Shown in pieces: positions 24,495 to 36,073 of a stretch of 64,000 bases of DNA (its first letter is position 1; every line of letters begins with the position of its first letter). Under the pieces are notes generated by a model, which saw only the letters and a list, made by a program, of their open reading frames with translations, had not been told where the DNA came from and made no database searches. The DNA lies in assembly GCA_002189035.1 (NCBI GenBank), contig NEEC01000020.1, positions 1,736,001 through 1,800,000 of the forward strand. The letters run 5' to 3'. The DNA is from Utricularia gibba (Eukaryota > Plantae > Magnoliophyta). Position numbers and translations under genes: made by a program.

Positions 24495-26800
24495 TTGTGA
24501 GTGATGCAGGAATTTCAATGAATAAACAAAAGGTAAAGGCAATCAATGCATAGCCATCCCCTATCATTGAAGGATAAGTACGTAGCTTTCAAGTATTGGC
24601 TAGTTTCTACTGTCGTTTTGTCAAGGATTTTATGACTCTTGCTGCACCATTGAACAAAAAAACAAAGAAAAATGCTGAAGTTTGTTGGAGAGAAGTACAA
24701 GAGCTCGCATTCAAGCAAATTAATGATAAACTTAGCTTAGTTACTTTACATGCATTACCTGATTTTTCAAAAATATTTAAAATTAAATGTGATGCTTTTG
24801 AAATAGAAATAGCTACTATTATGATACAAAGAGGGCAACCTATTGAACACTCCAATGAAACATTGGGTGAAACGATGCTTAATTACCCAACTTATAATAA
24901 AGAATTATATTCATTGAAAAAATATTAGACTTCAAAATATTATTTTTTATATAAAAAATTTGTCATCAATACCGATTACAAGAGTTTGAAGTATGTAAAA
25001 GGTCATTATTGAAGGATATCTAGCTTTCTTACTAGTATAAACCTTCTGACACTCACTATTGGGAAGATGATTTATTTTTCAAGAACATGTTATCCATCCC
25101 TCAATATTCCATTTGTGAGTATTTAGTGAAAGATGCTCATGATGGAGAAGATATTGGACATTTTGGGATCACCAAGATGATCAATATGATCCAACAACAT
25201 TTTTATTTGTCACACATCAAAAGAGATGTGGAAATGCCCCGTTGACGATGCTTAGTGTGCAAGAGGGCTAAATCTAAATCTGTTTCTAAAGGATTTTACA
25301 CCCCTCTTCCTACCGCTATTCACTTTTGGATTAATCTTTTTATGAATTTTGTGTTAGATTACCAAGGAGTTAAATGAAAAGGGATTCAATATTTGTAGTA
25401 GTTGATAGATTCTCAAAGACGGTACATTTCATTCCTTGCAACTAGGCTAATGATGTAGCTTATGTTACTGACTTATTCTTTAGGAAGATTGTTAGGGTTC
25501 ATGACTTACCATTATGCATGATCAAGAGACCAAGTTTCTTAACCATTTAAGGTGCACATTTCGGAGTAAGTTGGGAACCAAGCTCCTATTCTAAACCACC
25601 TTTCATCCACAAAGTGATAGACAAACTGAGGTAATAAATCAAATCCTATCTACTTTACTTCATGCCATCATAAAAAGGAATATTGGAACATGAAAAAACT
25701 ACTTGCCTCATGTGGAGTTTGCATATAATAGAGCTATAAATTCTTATTCTCGGTTCTCTCATTTTGAAATTTTTATATGAATTTAATCCTCATGCTCCTA
25801 TAGTGTTATTACCATTGCCATCTGATTAATTTTGTAGCTTTGATGTTGTCAAGAGAAAAATGCCATCATAACACATCATGAGAAGATTTGAGTCCAGCTT
25901 GAAGCTAAAAACAAATAATATGCAACGAAAACGAATAAATATCGAGAAAAGGTCTAAGCCAAGAGATTGGGTTTTGCTTCATTTCTACAAAGAAATATTT
26001 CCAAATAAGAGAATCGAAACTTTCGCCCTAAGGGGATAGACCATTTAGAGTAATTGAAAAAAATCAATGACAATGCTTCTAAAATTGATTTACTAAGTTA
26101 GTTTGCTATGCATTCTATATTAAACATTGCTGACTTGATTATTTGTGATGTAAATGATGATGATTCAATGCTGAATCTGTTAAAAGAAAAAGGGAGGGGG
26201 GAAGGCGGATAATGAGTTCAAAGATAAATATAATGAAGATAATGAAAAGAAGGTCACTAATCCTCCATTAATTTTACTTGGATGAATCATAAGAACAAGA
26301 GCATGAAAGAATCAAGAGTTATTGAAGGAATTATGAGCCTATCAACAAAATTTTAAAGTATATGACATTGAGGTCAACCTATTCAAAATGTTAATCAACT
26401 TGGTTCATAATTTCTTAGCTCACTACTAATACTTTTCTTTTCAATAAATCTATTTTTCTACCTATATAAAAAAAGGCCTCAGCCGTGATGAATAATTTTG
26501 GTTGTAATATATTATAAGAGCAATTCTTCTACTTTGAGTTCATAAAAAAATTAAATTTTTCAAGTTTTACTTGTGATGTTTAGTATAGTGCATTACTCTC
26601 ATGATCTTTGTGAGTCCAACTTGCTTCTTTTGAAAAATTGCTTCATTAGAACTAAAAGATGTGATTTACCAAACACTTATTGTTTGGAGAGTTGCATCAT
26701 ATACCCAACTAATATTGACCACAAGTCACAAGAACTTTTTCAATCATAGTGAGAGAGTGAAGATTCAAGGAACCCTAGATATTATCGGAGTAAATTATCA
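24495..26800 (+). mobile_element. CRM-lineage (centromeric-type chromovirus) gypsy remnant: RT end, RNase H, integrase and 3' LTR part
   Basis: Heavily decayed VRSF..LASFYCRFVKDF.TLAAPL, LPDFSKIF.IKCDA, DSIFVVVDRFSK, HPQSD.QTEV.N and F..IEKINDNA.KIDL motifs, a CR-like IxRTRAxRIK motif near 26290, and a possible LTR end TTATCA at 26800. Confidence 0.8.
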
Positions 26801-26867
26801 TCAGCAAGAGTATCTATGCCGGTTAGATCCCACCGATCCTTGAAATAAACAACTCTCACACACTCCC

Positions 26868-28033
26868 TGATAAACGAAAAATTCATGCAACGTCGTTAAA
26901 ATCGTAAATTTCTCCTATCAAATAAAATTTATAAACCTAATTCACATCAAATCATATGAAAAATATGAGCATAGTGGACTAGGGTCGAACACAAGGAGTT
27001 AGGTGCTTACTATGTGAAAGTCAATACATGCAATCAATGTCACGTTGATAGATTTGGTCTCAACTAGAACTAAGTCAGAGTTGCGATAAAATATAGTAAA
27101 GAAAAGTAACAAACTTTTAAACTCGTTTATTCCTGGATTGCAATGGATGATGCCTTGGGACTCCTAGGGAATGTATATTTATCATTAAATACGCTTACAC
27201 AAACTATAAATCAAACAACTCATAAACAAAGTCTAGGTCTACCCGGACTCTTGTTTTCCCCCTAATAATTAGAGTTGTTAAGATGGATTTCACTATTTCC
27301 TCCTCCTGGATCTATCCTGATTTGTTAAGAAAGTGGTGTGATTTATGGTTGATTAGGTCTAAAGATTGATTAGCACATTTCTCGTACTTTCACCCCAAGG
27401 CACCCTTAGGTACTTAGCCACTCATAGCAAGGGAAAATAAAGTATTTTCATAACATATTCTAAGCAACATTTTGATCTCAAATTTAAACAACAACAAATA
27501 GTGCATAACAAAAACAAAGAAGGTAAATAGTTCACGCAATAAAACTAAGATAAGACTATTTTAAGCTAAGAATAGTGTGCTTCAAGAACGAAAGGAAATT
27601 TTTAAGGGAAAAGCTTTTTCTTTTGGATCGTCATCCCCTCCCCTTTAGGTGTTCTTGCGATGGGGAATGTTTTTTCGGAAGTCTCTATCCTCGTTCAAAA
27701 ATCATTCTCCCCCCTTCTCCCTCTTCCATCATTTCCAAAAATCTCTTTTTTTTTCTCTTCCTTGGATTTTGTATACTTTTTTTAGACTTTTGCCTTATCC
27801 TCTGCTACTGCACAGTTCATATCCGGCTACTTGAGACTTATGCTGGCTGTCAATCGTTGCATTGCTCAAAGTAACTATTAGAAACAAGGCTGGGACGAAA
27901 TCATACAACTAGGAATAAAACACACGACTACGGTGTTAGTCATAAAAACATAGGAATTCATGCTAGAACTTGAGGTTTTTGATAAATATTAGACATTTTA
28001 CTACTCTTTAATACTCAAAAATATGTGTTATCA
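26868..28033 (-). mobile_element. Athila-type solo LTR
   Basis: Termini TGATAAACG...GTGTTATCA with near-matching 5-bp flanks CTCCC/CTACC. Homologous to 3083-4069. Confidence 0.8.
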
Positions 28034-28574
28034 CTACCTTTCCCAAAAAAATTAATACACCAATTACTACACAGATTTATTAGATTTGTTGCTAAAATAT
28101 CAATATTAGATTTGGTTCAAAAAAACGAAAGAATCAGTTATATTTTTCATTGAATATCCTCTTCTGTTATACATATACTAAAAATCAACAAGAATTTTTT
28201 TTCTATCATTCTTATTTATTCTTTTTAACAAAAAAATATTCAAGTTACAATGATTTTTTTTTAGTTAAAAAGAATTCAATCCCCCTTCATTGTTGCAACA
28301 CCTCATAAAAAGAACTTCTTGTGTAGTACGAATGGGAAGGATGAAAGGGGGTTGGTATGGTAATTCTTCATAAGTTTAAGTTATTTTTTTAACCCAAAAA
28401 AAAGGTATTTTAGGAATCAGCCATTAGATTCAATTATATTTGAGAGCCAATCCTTTTTTAAGGACTCTTGTTTTTTAATTAATATGCAATAGTTCATTTT
28501 TACCAATTGTTGAATAAAATACATTGTAAATTTCATGTTGAATTTTTTATTTTGTTTTTAGTTAGTGACATGTT

Positions 28575-28760
28575 GTAAACGTATATTGTATTGAAATTTT
28601 CCTTTGAATAAAAAGATTAGCAATATTATAAAATATGTCCCTTGTAAATTGAGTCACAATATTAACATAGAAATTCAAAATTTTCACTTGTTTCTCCATC
28701 TCTTCTAACTTTTGAAATATAATTCTATAATGACCATACATCTTCATTTGCAATGTTTAC
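28575..28760 (-). mobile_element. Possible hAT BED zinc-finger remnant
   Basis: Frameshifted reading FQKLEEMEK.. / EFLC*YCDSIYKG resembles hAT N-terminal BED motifs. Short and decayed. Confidence 0.35.
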
Positions 28761-29689
28761 ACTTATTTCATTTTCCAATTTCAAGTTTCAAGAATCTAAA
28801 ATAAGCATTAGTGGAGTCAATACAAATAATTATTATGAATATATAATCAAAATATCATTCTAACAATCAAGAAGATTGTGAAAACTTGTAGTCTTAAGTC
28901 GTTGTCATAGTAAAATTGTCGACTTGTCTTTTCCAAACTTGATTTTCGTTGATATTGGTTGATTTTCGCTGTTCAGATACAAAATATTAGGTTCCAAAGG
29001 AATTGTAAAAGTGGGGAAAAGTTTCTACTGAATTGCAAAAGTGAGGAAAAGTTTTAGCTGAATTGCAGTAGGAAAAAATAGGGTGACCCATGGAATATTA
29101 GGGTTGAATTTGAGTGTTTTTTTATATGGGAAAAAGGATAAACAGTAGTGAATTACATATTTTAATATTAAATTAATAAATTATATTAATTTATTATATT
29201 TCGACATAGTGTGCACGTATCATGTATTAAGTACTTGTCGATACTCTTTAAAAAAAAAAAAAAACAGTAACATGTCCGACAACTCAGGTGCTGTGGCTAA
29301 GTACATTGTAAAGCTGTTGCCTTTGTATGGTGTAACCAAGAAATAATGAATTGTTCCTACATTGGATTTTACCAGGCTAATTCTGGTGTTTTGTATTTAG
29401 CTTTATTTGATTATACAGGTATCAGTGATCCATTAAGGAAGCAGGGACGGGTGGTGATCCTCTGCTTAACAACTCATTGCGGGCTTGTGCAGAAGATTGG
29501 GCATCATCATGCGAAGGCCAACAAAGAGAACTAAAGATATTCCTGAAAAGTCATCAACTAAGTGATGACGGCTTTGTGAAATCTTCTAAGATACTAATGG
29601 GTTAAAAGGATTGGAGTTGATTGAATATAGTTACAGAAATAGCTTCATCCTTTTAGGGTAAGACCTGCATAGCAATATGCTCCTGATGT

Positions 29690-30028
29690 AAGTATTTAAT
29701 ATCATTCATTAGTGGAACCAACCAGCCATGAGGTAGTTCTGTATGATTTTTGAAGGTAAAATAGCCCCCGAAAAATTAGAAGCAAAAATAAATAGGAACA
29801 TAGTTCCAATAAAAGGCACCCAAGGGCGTATTCTTCTCCAATTTGGGTTTTACTCACATTTGGAATGAACTGAATAACATATTTAGAGAAATTGTGATCC
29901 TACTTTCAAAAAGTGATAAGTACTGACCATGAACTTGAAAACCGCCCATTTGCTAATGTAAATGTTGGCCTACTTCCACACTGGTTGTATAAAACTTGTG
30001 AGTTGATAGAATATGATAGCACATTCAT
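29690..30028 (-). pseudogene. atpI: Nuclear plastid DNA: 5' part of atpI
   Basis: ATGAATGTGCTATCA start at 30028. Remnants of [42 protein letters not shown] and PTNDINT, with deletions. Confidence 0.9.
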
Positions 30029-30174
30029 ATTTCCCTATGAAAATAAATCGAACTAAAAAAATTATTTTGATTCAACTATCATTTTGATCTACTAGGTCTT
30101 TTTTATTTGAATACTAATTAATCACATAATGTTCCTAGTTATTTTGAAACATAAGTTTTTATCTTATAATATGA

Positions 30175-30358
30175 TTAATTTAATTGAGTATTTCTAAGAT
30201 ACCTTGAAAGGCCCTGACAAATCGCAAATAGTAATTTATTAAGAATTAAATGGATTGAATGTATTGCATGATCATTCGCTAGAATAGGAATTCCTATAGT
30301 GATACACGCTCCCAGAGACGTACATTCTTCCTGGTGATGAACGATGATTACAATAATT
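30175..30358 (-). pseudogene. rps2: Nuclear plastid DNA: 3' end of rps2
   Basis: [53 protein letters not shown] matches the plastid Rps2 C-terminus and lies directly upstream of atpI, as in plastomes. Confidence 0.88.
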
Positions 30359-30400
30359 TCAGCCTTTATAAAATGAAAACAGATTCTTAAACCCCCTTTA

Positions 30401-30759
30401 ACGCCGAGGCACTGCAGAAGAAAAATCAGAAAATTTTGATCTAATTTATGTGAATCAGTATTTAACATGTTCGTTAACCGTATTATGAAACATAAAAAAT
30501 AAATCATTGGCTTATCAAATTTTCAATTTAGCCCTCAAAAAAATTCATCAAACGAGGGACTCCCAATGTAACAGTAAAAGCAAGATATGTAGTTGGGTAT
30601 ACTCGTCAAGTCTCCATTGAAATTGGATTCAAATGAGGGAAAGCATTTGAGGTTCATTGGTTATTAGCAGATCCCAAAGGGAGTGACGATGCCATATGCA
30701 AAAAGGAAGAGACTCATAAAATGGCGGAGGCAAATAGAACTTTTGCATATTTTCATTAA
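30401..30759 (+). pseudogene. rps7: Nuclear plastid DNA: rps7
   Basis: CGCCGAGGCACTGCAGAAG start region (ATG deleted), AACATGTTCGTTAACCGTATT, and the AAGGAAGAGACTCATAAAATGGCGGAGGCAAATAGA..TAA end. Internal deletions. Confidence 0.92.
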
Positions 30760-30957
30760 TCCATGACGATGATCTATACGCCTTGATCAAAACATAAATC
30801 ATGGATCAAGTAAGCACTCTTAGGGATTTTGATGAAGTAAAGACGAGCCTCGTGTAAATTCCATGGAATAAGGTTTGATATTGATCTTATTTGATTCCAA
30901 AAATGAAAAGTTTGATACTAATGGGATTTTTCTTTAAAATTGGATGTGGTCACTAAT

Positions 30958-31738
30958 TGAAGATTTGGCATGTACAGAATAAAAACTTCATTCTTCATTC
31001 TACGAGAATTATGAAAGCATTTTATTTGCTTCTCTTCAATGGAAGTTTGCTATTTCAAGAATGTATCCTATATTTTGAACTAATTCTTTTTCTGATGATC
31101 GCTTGAACCTTTGATCAAAAAGATATACCTTCGTTATGTTTCATCTATTCAACAAGTTTAGTTTAGTTATGAGCATAACGACACTATTCTGAATGAGAGA
31201 AGAACCCATGATTAACTTTTCAAGAAATTTCCAAATAAAAAATTTCAATAAAATCTTTTAATTTCTCATTGTACTAAAATTGCTATAACTGAGTTCCCCT
31301 TATTCGTATTAATAGCTACTCTAGGAGGAATGCCTTTATAAAGCGCTGATGATTTAATAATTATCTTTGTAACTCTGCAATGTTTTAGTTTATGCTCCGA
31401 CATATTATTTGGATATACCAAGAAAGATGTACCATCTAATTTGGCTACAATGAAATATTTTTCGTGGGCGGGAGAAGCTTATCCGAGGGAAAGTCGAGCA
31501 TCAAGAAATAGTGAATGTCCTTCTCAATACACAAATGTATAACTCCCTAAAAATTCCAGGTAAACATATATTCAAGGAATTGGGTTCAAGCTCTCCCCAC
31601 CCCCTTCTCATTAATGGATTCCTGACGTACCTTAGGGACTGTGGTTTGTTCAAAAACTCCGACTTCTCATTAACAAGAATTTTTACTTATTCAAATAAAA
31701 ATTAAGGTGAAGTTGGGTCCATGAACAAAGAATCTCTT
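30958..31738 (+). pseudogene. ndhB: Nuclear plastid DNA: ndhB exon 1 and start of its group II intron
   Basis: GGCATGTACAGAAT, GATCAAAAAGATATACCTT, GCTACTCTAGGAGGAATG, GGAATTGGGTTCAAGCT and TGGATTCCTGACGTA, followed by intron-like TTCAAATAAAAATTAAGGTGAAG. Preceded by the rps7-ndhB spacer. Confidence 0.92.
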
Positions 31739-32159
31739 TGGTCTCGTTTGATTGGTACCTAAATTTTCATTAAAGGAGCATATGAAATGCCAATAAAAAC
31801 ACGACAAAGAGATGTATTTCATTAAATGATTCAATCACACAGTTAGAAAATCCTGAAGGATCGAAGGGATTTACAGGAGTTCACCAAGTGGCACTTGATA
31901 TAGCGTTCATGACAACTTAGGGGCCAGATATTTGAGTACAACCACACATCAGCTCAAAGACCCGCAACTGAAAAAAAAAGAGTACTATTTTTTAATAGAT
32001 TTATTGTCAGATCTGGCACTGGTTTCAATTACAACACTAATATCCTAAACGTCGAATGAATTAGATCATGTAATGATTTTCATTTTATTGTAACTGAATT
32101 TTTTTCTCATTCCAATACATAATACATTTATCTAAATATGACCTAGAATTATCTGAGGT

Positions 32160-35100
32160 TGCATGCATTGAGATTCCCAACATCGAAGGGCATTTGCATG
32201 ATGGGCATCGACCAACCAACCGCCCGGTCCTGTTATGTATCTTCCTGTCAGGACCCCTGCGCGAAAAAACCGAGAGTGATGATAGTAGAAAAGGAACCCT
32301 GAGAACCCCCTAGACAAGCAATGGAACCGGTTGTGTACAAGTCAGTGCAACTAGTACCAGAAGATGCGCAGAAAGCCACCCGCATTGGTGCCAATCTGGA
32401 CACCAGATTTGAGAAGAGGTTAGTTGAACTTTGGATGAAGAACGCCGATATTTTTGCCTGGACTGCTGCAGACTTTTTAGGCATTGATCGATCCGTTGCC
32501 GAGCATCACATTGATACCTACCCGGGGGCAAAACCGGTTCGGCAGAAGCAACGGCATTTCTCAGAGGAAAATGCCGAATTATCAAAGAAAAAACAAGGGA
32601 GCTCCTGGAAGTTGGTTATGTGAAGGAGATCCAGTACTCCGAGTGGGTAGCCATCCCAGTCGTCGTCTCGAAGCCCGGGGGAAAATGGAGGATGTGCATT
32701 GACTTCATCGACCTCAACGCCTGCTGCGAAAGGGACCCTTATCCTTTGCCAAAGATTGACAAGCCAGTGGATGCCATTGCCGGATCCCGATTCCTGAGCA
32801 TCATGGATGCCTATTCGGAATACCATCAAATTTTCGTTGCCGAGAGAGACCAACCGAAAACCACCTTCTACACCAAGGATGGAGTTTACTGCTACGTGGC
32901 CATGCCTTTCGGTTTAACGAATGTTGGGGCGACTTATCAGAGGTTGGTAAATAAAATATTCTCTTCTGAAATCGGTACCTCGATGGAGGTGTATGTGGAC
33001 GATATGATCGTAAAATCTATGAATGAAGAAGACCACTTGGCGTATTTGGATTCTTGTTTCTCTCTATGCCGGTCATATGGGTTAAAACTCATCCCACTGA
33101 AATGTTGTTTTGGGGTGCAAAGTGGAAAATTCCTGGGGCATTACGTATCGGAGAGAGGAATCGAGGCTAACCCCGAGAAGATTAAGGCAATATGCGAAAT
33201 GCAACCCCAAGGACAATCAAGGAGTACCAGAGCCTCACGGGTAAATTGGCTGCCCTCAGCCGTTTCATATCTCGGTCAGCCGATAAGTCGGCATCCTTCT
33301 TCAAGGCCTTGCGAAAGGGAAACGCTTTGGAATGGAACGAGGATTGCCGGATTGCCTTTGAAAAACTCAAGGAATATCTCTCATCACCCCCGCTTCTTGT
33401 GGCTCCGAAAGCAAGAGAGCTCTTAGGACTATATCTGTCTATATCGCCCGTTGCAGTCAGCACAGTCTTGACAACCATCTCGGCAGATAAGCACTTGCCG
33501 GTGTATTATGTGAGCAAGGTTCTGTTACCGGCCGAAACCCGGTATACGGTGACAGAAAAAGTCATCTTGGCTCTGAATATGGCAGCCAAAAAACTGAGGT
33601 CATATTTCCAATATCGGCACATCATTGTATTCACCAATCAGCCTCTGAAGAATATCCTATCTCGACCAGAGATTTCGGAAGGGTTGTCAAATGGGCGGTC
33701 GAATTGAGTACAATGGATATTGAGTTTAAATCGAGAACAGCAATCAAGGCCCAACCTCTTGCCGATTTTGTGGTCGAAATGACAAGGTCTATAGACCGTT
33801 TTGTGGAAGTCAATGATCGATGGGCCATGCACGTTGATGGCTCGACATACAACGGTGCTGGAGGAGGAATAGACATCCGAACCCAGGACGGGGAACACAT
33901 TTATATCACGGTGAAATTCTTATTCCCAGCCTCCAACAATGTGGCCGAATATGAAGCCTTGATTAAAGGAATGAAAATTGCCAAGGAACTAGGAGTTGCG
34001 GAGCTCGACGTCTACACCGATTCACGACTTATGCAAGGACAGTTTTCGGGTGAATACGAAACCCATAACTCTCTCATGGCTCTGTACCATATTCAGGTAA
34101 AGGAACTGGCAAAGACCTTCAAGGAATTCACCCTGTCGCACGTGGCACGCGAGAAAAACTGATCCGCAGATAGCCTCGCCCGATTTTCTGCAGGGTTTCA
34201 TGAGCTGAGGGAAGGAAGTGTGACGATTCGGTTGCGGGATCAACCTTCAGTGACCTTGCGAGCCATGAATTATATTACCCAGCAACCAGGAAATGATATC
34301 TCTCCACAGCTGAGTCATCTCGATGATTGGACATCACTCTACGTCCGGTATCTACGAAATGGAGAAACACCATCTGATAAATCCAAAGCCCGACATTTAG
34401 AGATTAAAGCAAAGAGATATACACTGGTAAATGGAATTCTCTATCGCAGATCCTTAGATGGACCCCTCTTGAGGTGTATCGGGGCAAAGCATTCTCAAGA
34501 ACTTATAACTGATATGCATGAAGGGGAATGAGGCAGCCACGTCGGGATATGATCTTTATGCAGGAAAGCCTTGAGAACCGGGTATTATTGGCCAACTATG
34601 GAGCGGGACATTACCGAAATGGTGAAGAAATGCAAAGTATGCCAATACCATGCAAGTACACCGAGAAAGCCGGTAAATAACCTGACCTCTCTTCCATTCT
34701 TATGCCCGTTCAATCGATGGGGAGTGGATATTATGGGGACGTTCCCCCAAACCTCGGGCCAAAGGAAATTTTTCATCGTGGGAGTCGAGTATTTCTCCAA
34801 ATGGGTGGAGGCTGAAGCCGTGGCAAAAATATAAGAGGAGACCGTTATTCGATTTCTATGGAGAAATATCTTCATCCGGTTCGGGATCCCTCAAGAACTA
34901 GTGACCGATAATGGAAGCCAATTCGTTGGAGGAAGAATGGAGGCATTCCTGGATAAATATACGGTCAAGCACAACTTCACCTCGGTGTATCACCCGCAGA
35001 GCAATGGTCTCACAGAGGTAACGAATTGAACGCTCAGGCTATGTATGAAGACTAAGCTTGAAGATTTTGGAGGGTCATGGGCAGATCGCTTGGATGAAGT

Positions 35101-35375
35101 GATGTGGTCATATCGCACCACCGCTCGGACCACCACGGAAGAATCCCCATTCTTATTGGTTTATGGTTCAGAAGCCGTATGCCCTATCGAACTAACCCTG
35201 AAAAGCTACCGGGTGGAACATTATAATGAAGAAGAAAATGCTGACCTGCGAAAACTGAAGTTGGAGCTGTTGGAAGAAAAACGGCAAAGTGTCTATAGCC
35301 GACTAGGGGCTCATCAGAGAAGAACGGACAAGAGATATATCAAGTCGGTATCCCCAAGGGAATTCTCCGAGGGAG
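32160..35375 (+). pseudogene. Tat pol (RT, RNase H, archaeal-type RNase H, integrase), disrupted
   Basis: Consecutive ORFs 32321-32623, 32620-33426, 33192-33707, 33704-34162, 34220-34531, 34571-34834 and 35045 onward, joined by frameshifts and stops. Confidence 0.92.
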
Positions 35376-36073
35376 ATTTGGCCGAGTCGCGTAAGCCCAG
35401 GCAGACCCTCAAAGATCTAAATCACAAGCTCTGTCCAAGTAACGTAAGCCCAAGCGAATCTCCCAAATCGGCATCCCCTGCGGGATACAGCAAATCAACT
35501 CGGGGTCTCCCCCGATATATATGTGATCCCCCAAACCCAGGCATAAGTCGGTGACAAGAATAAGCCCTGGTATAATTTGGGAACCGGTTCCCGTAAACCG
35601 CACGCGTAAGCCCCGAAAAGCCCTTAAGTATTGACCTGATTGTCGAAATCTCGAGACGGCAAGAGCACCCAAAGCAAATCCACCCATGTTCAAAACAATG
35701 GGGTTTGGCCAGAAGAGGGCCGTTTCGGATTGGGGAAGTCGCTCAACCCATGAGGGTTTCCGACATGCTTCCCTAGCAACGGTTCAGCTCGCATGAGGAA
35801 ATACTAAGGCAAACTGAAATCAAAAAGTCCAACCAAAGGGTTGGCGAAGAGACACCCACCCCCGAATTACAAAAGCATAGGCGAACCTTCCAAGTCTAAG
35901 CACGTAACAAACATAACAAACCAGCTCAGGGCTTCCCCCGAAATGTGATATCATCAAAGGCAAAAGTGATGCGCAAAAATGGAGTAAATTAGAAGGAAAT
36001 CCTGATCCAGGATATCAAAAATGTTCAAGAAGCCCCACAGTAGGGGGGAAAATACACCAAGTTAAAAAAGTCA

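Noticed and set aside
32132-34875. Multiple - strand ORFs overlapping Tat pol
   Set aside because: Shadow ORFs of GC-richer coding DNA, without motifs or splice logic, unlike 36074-37973.
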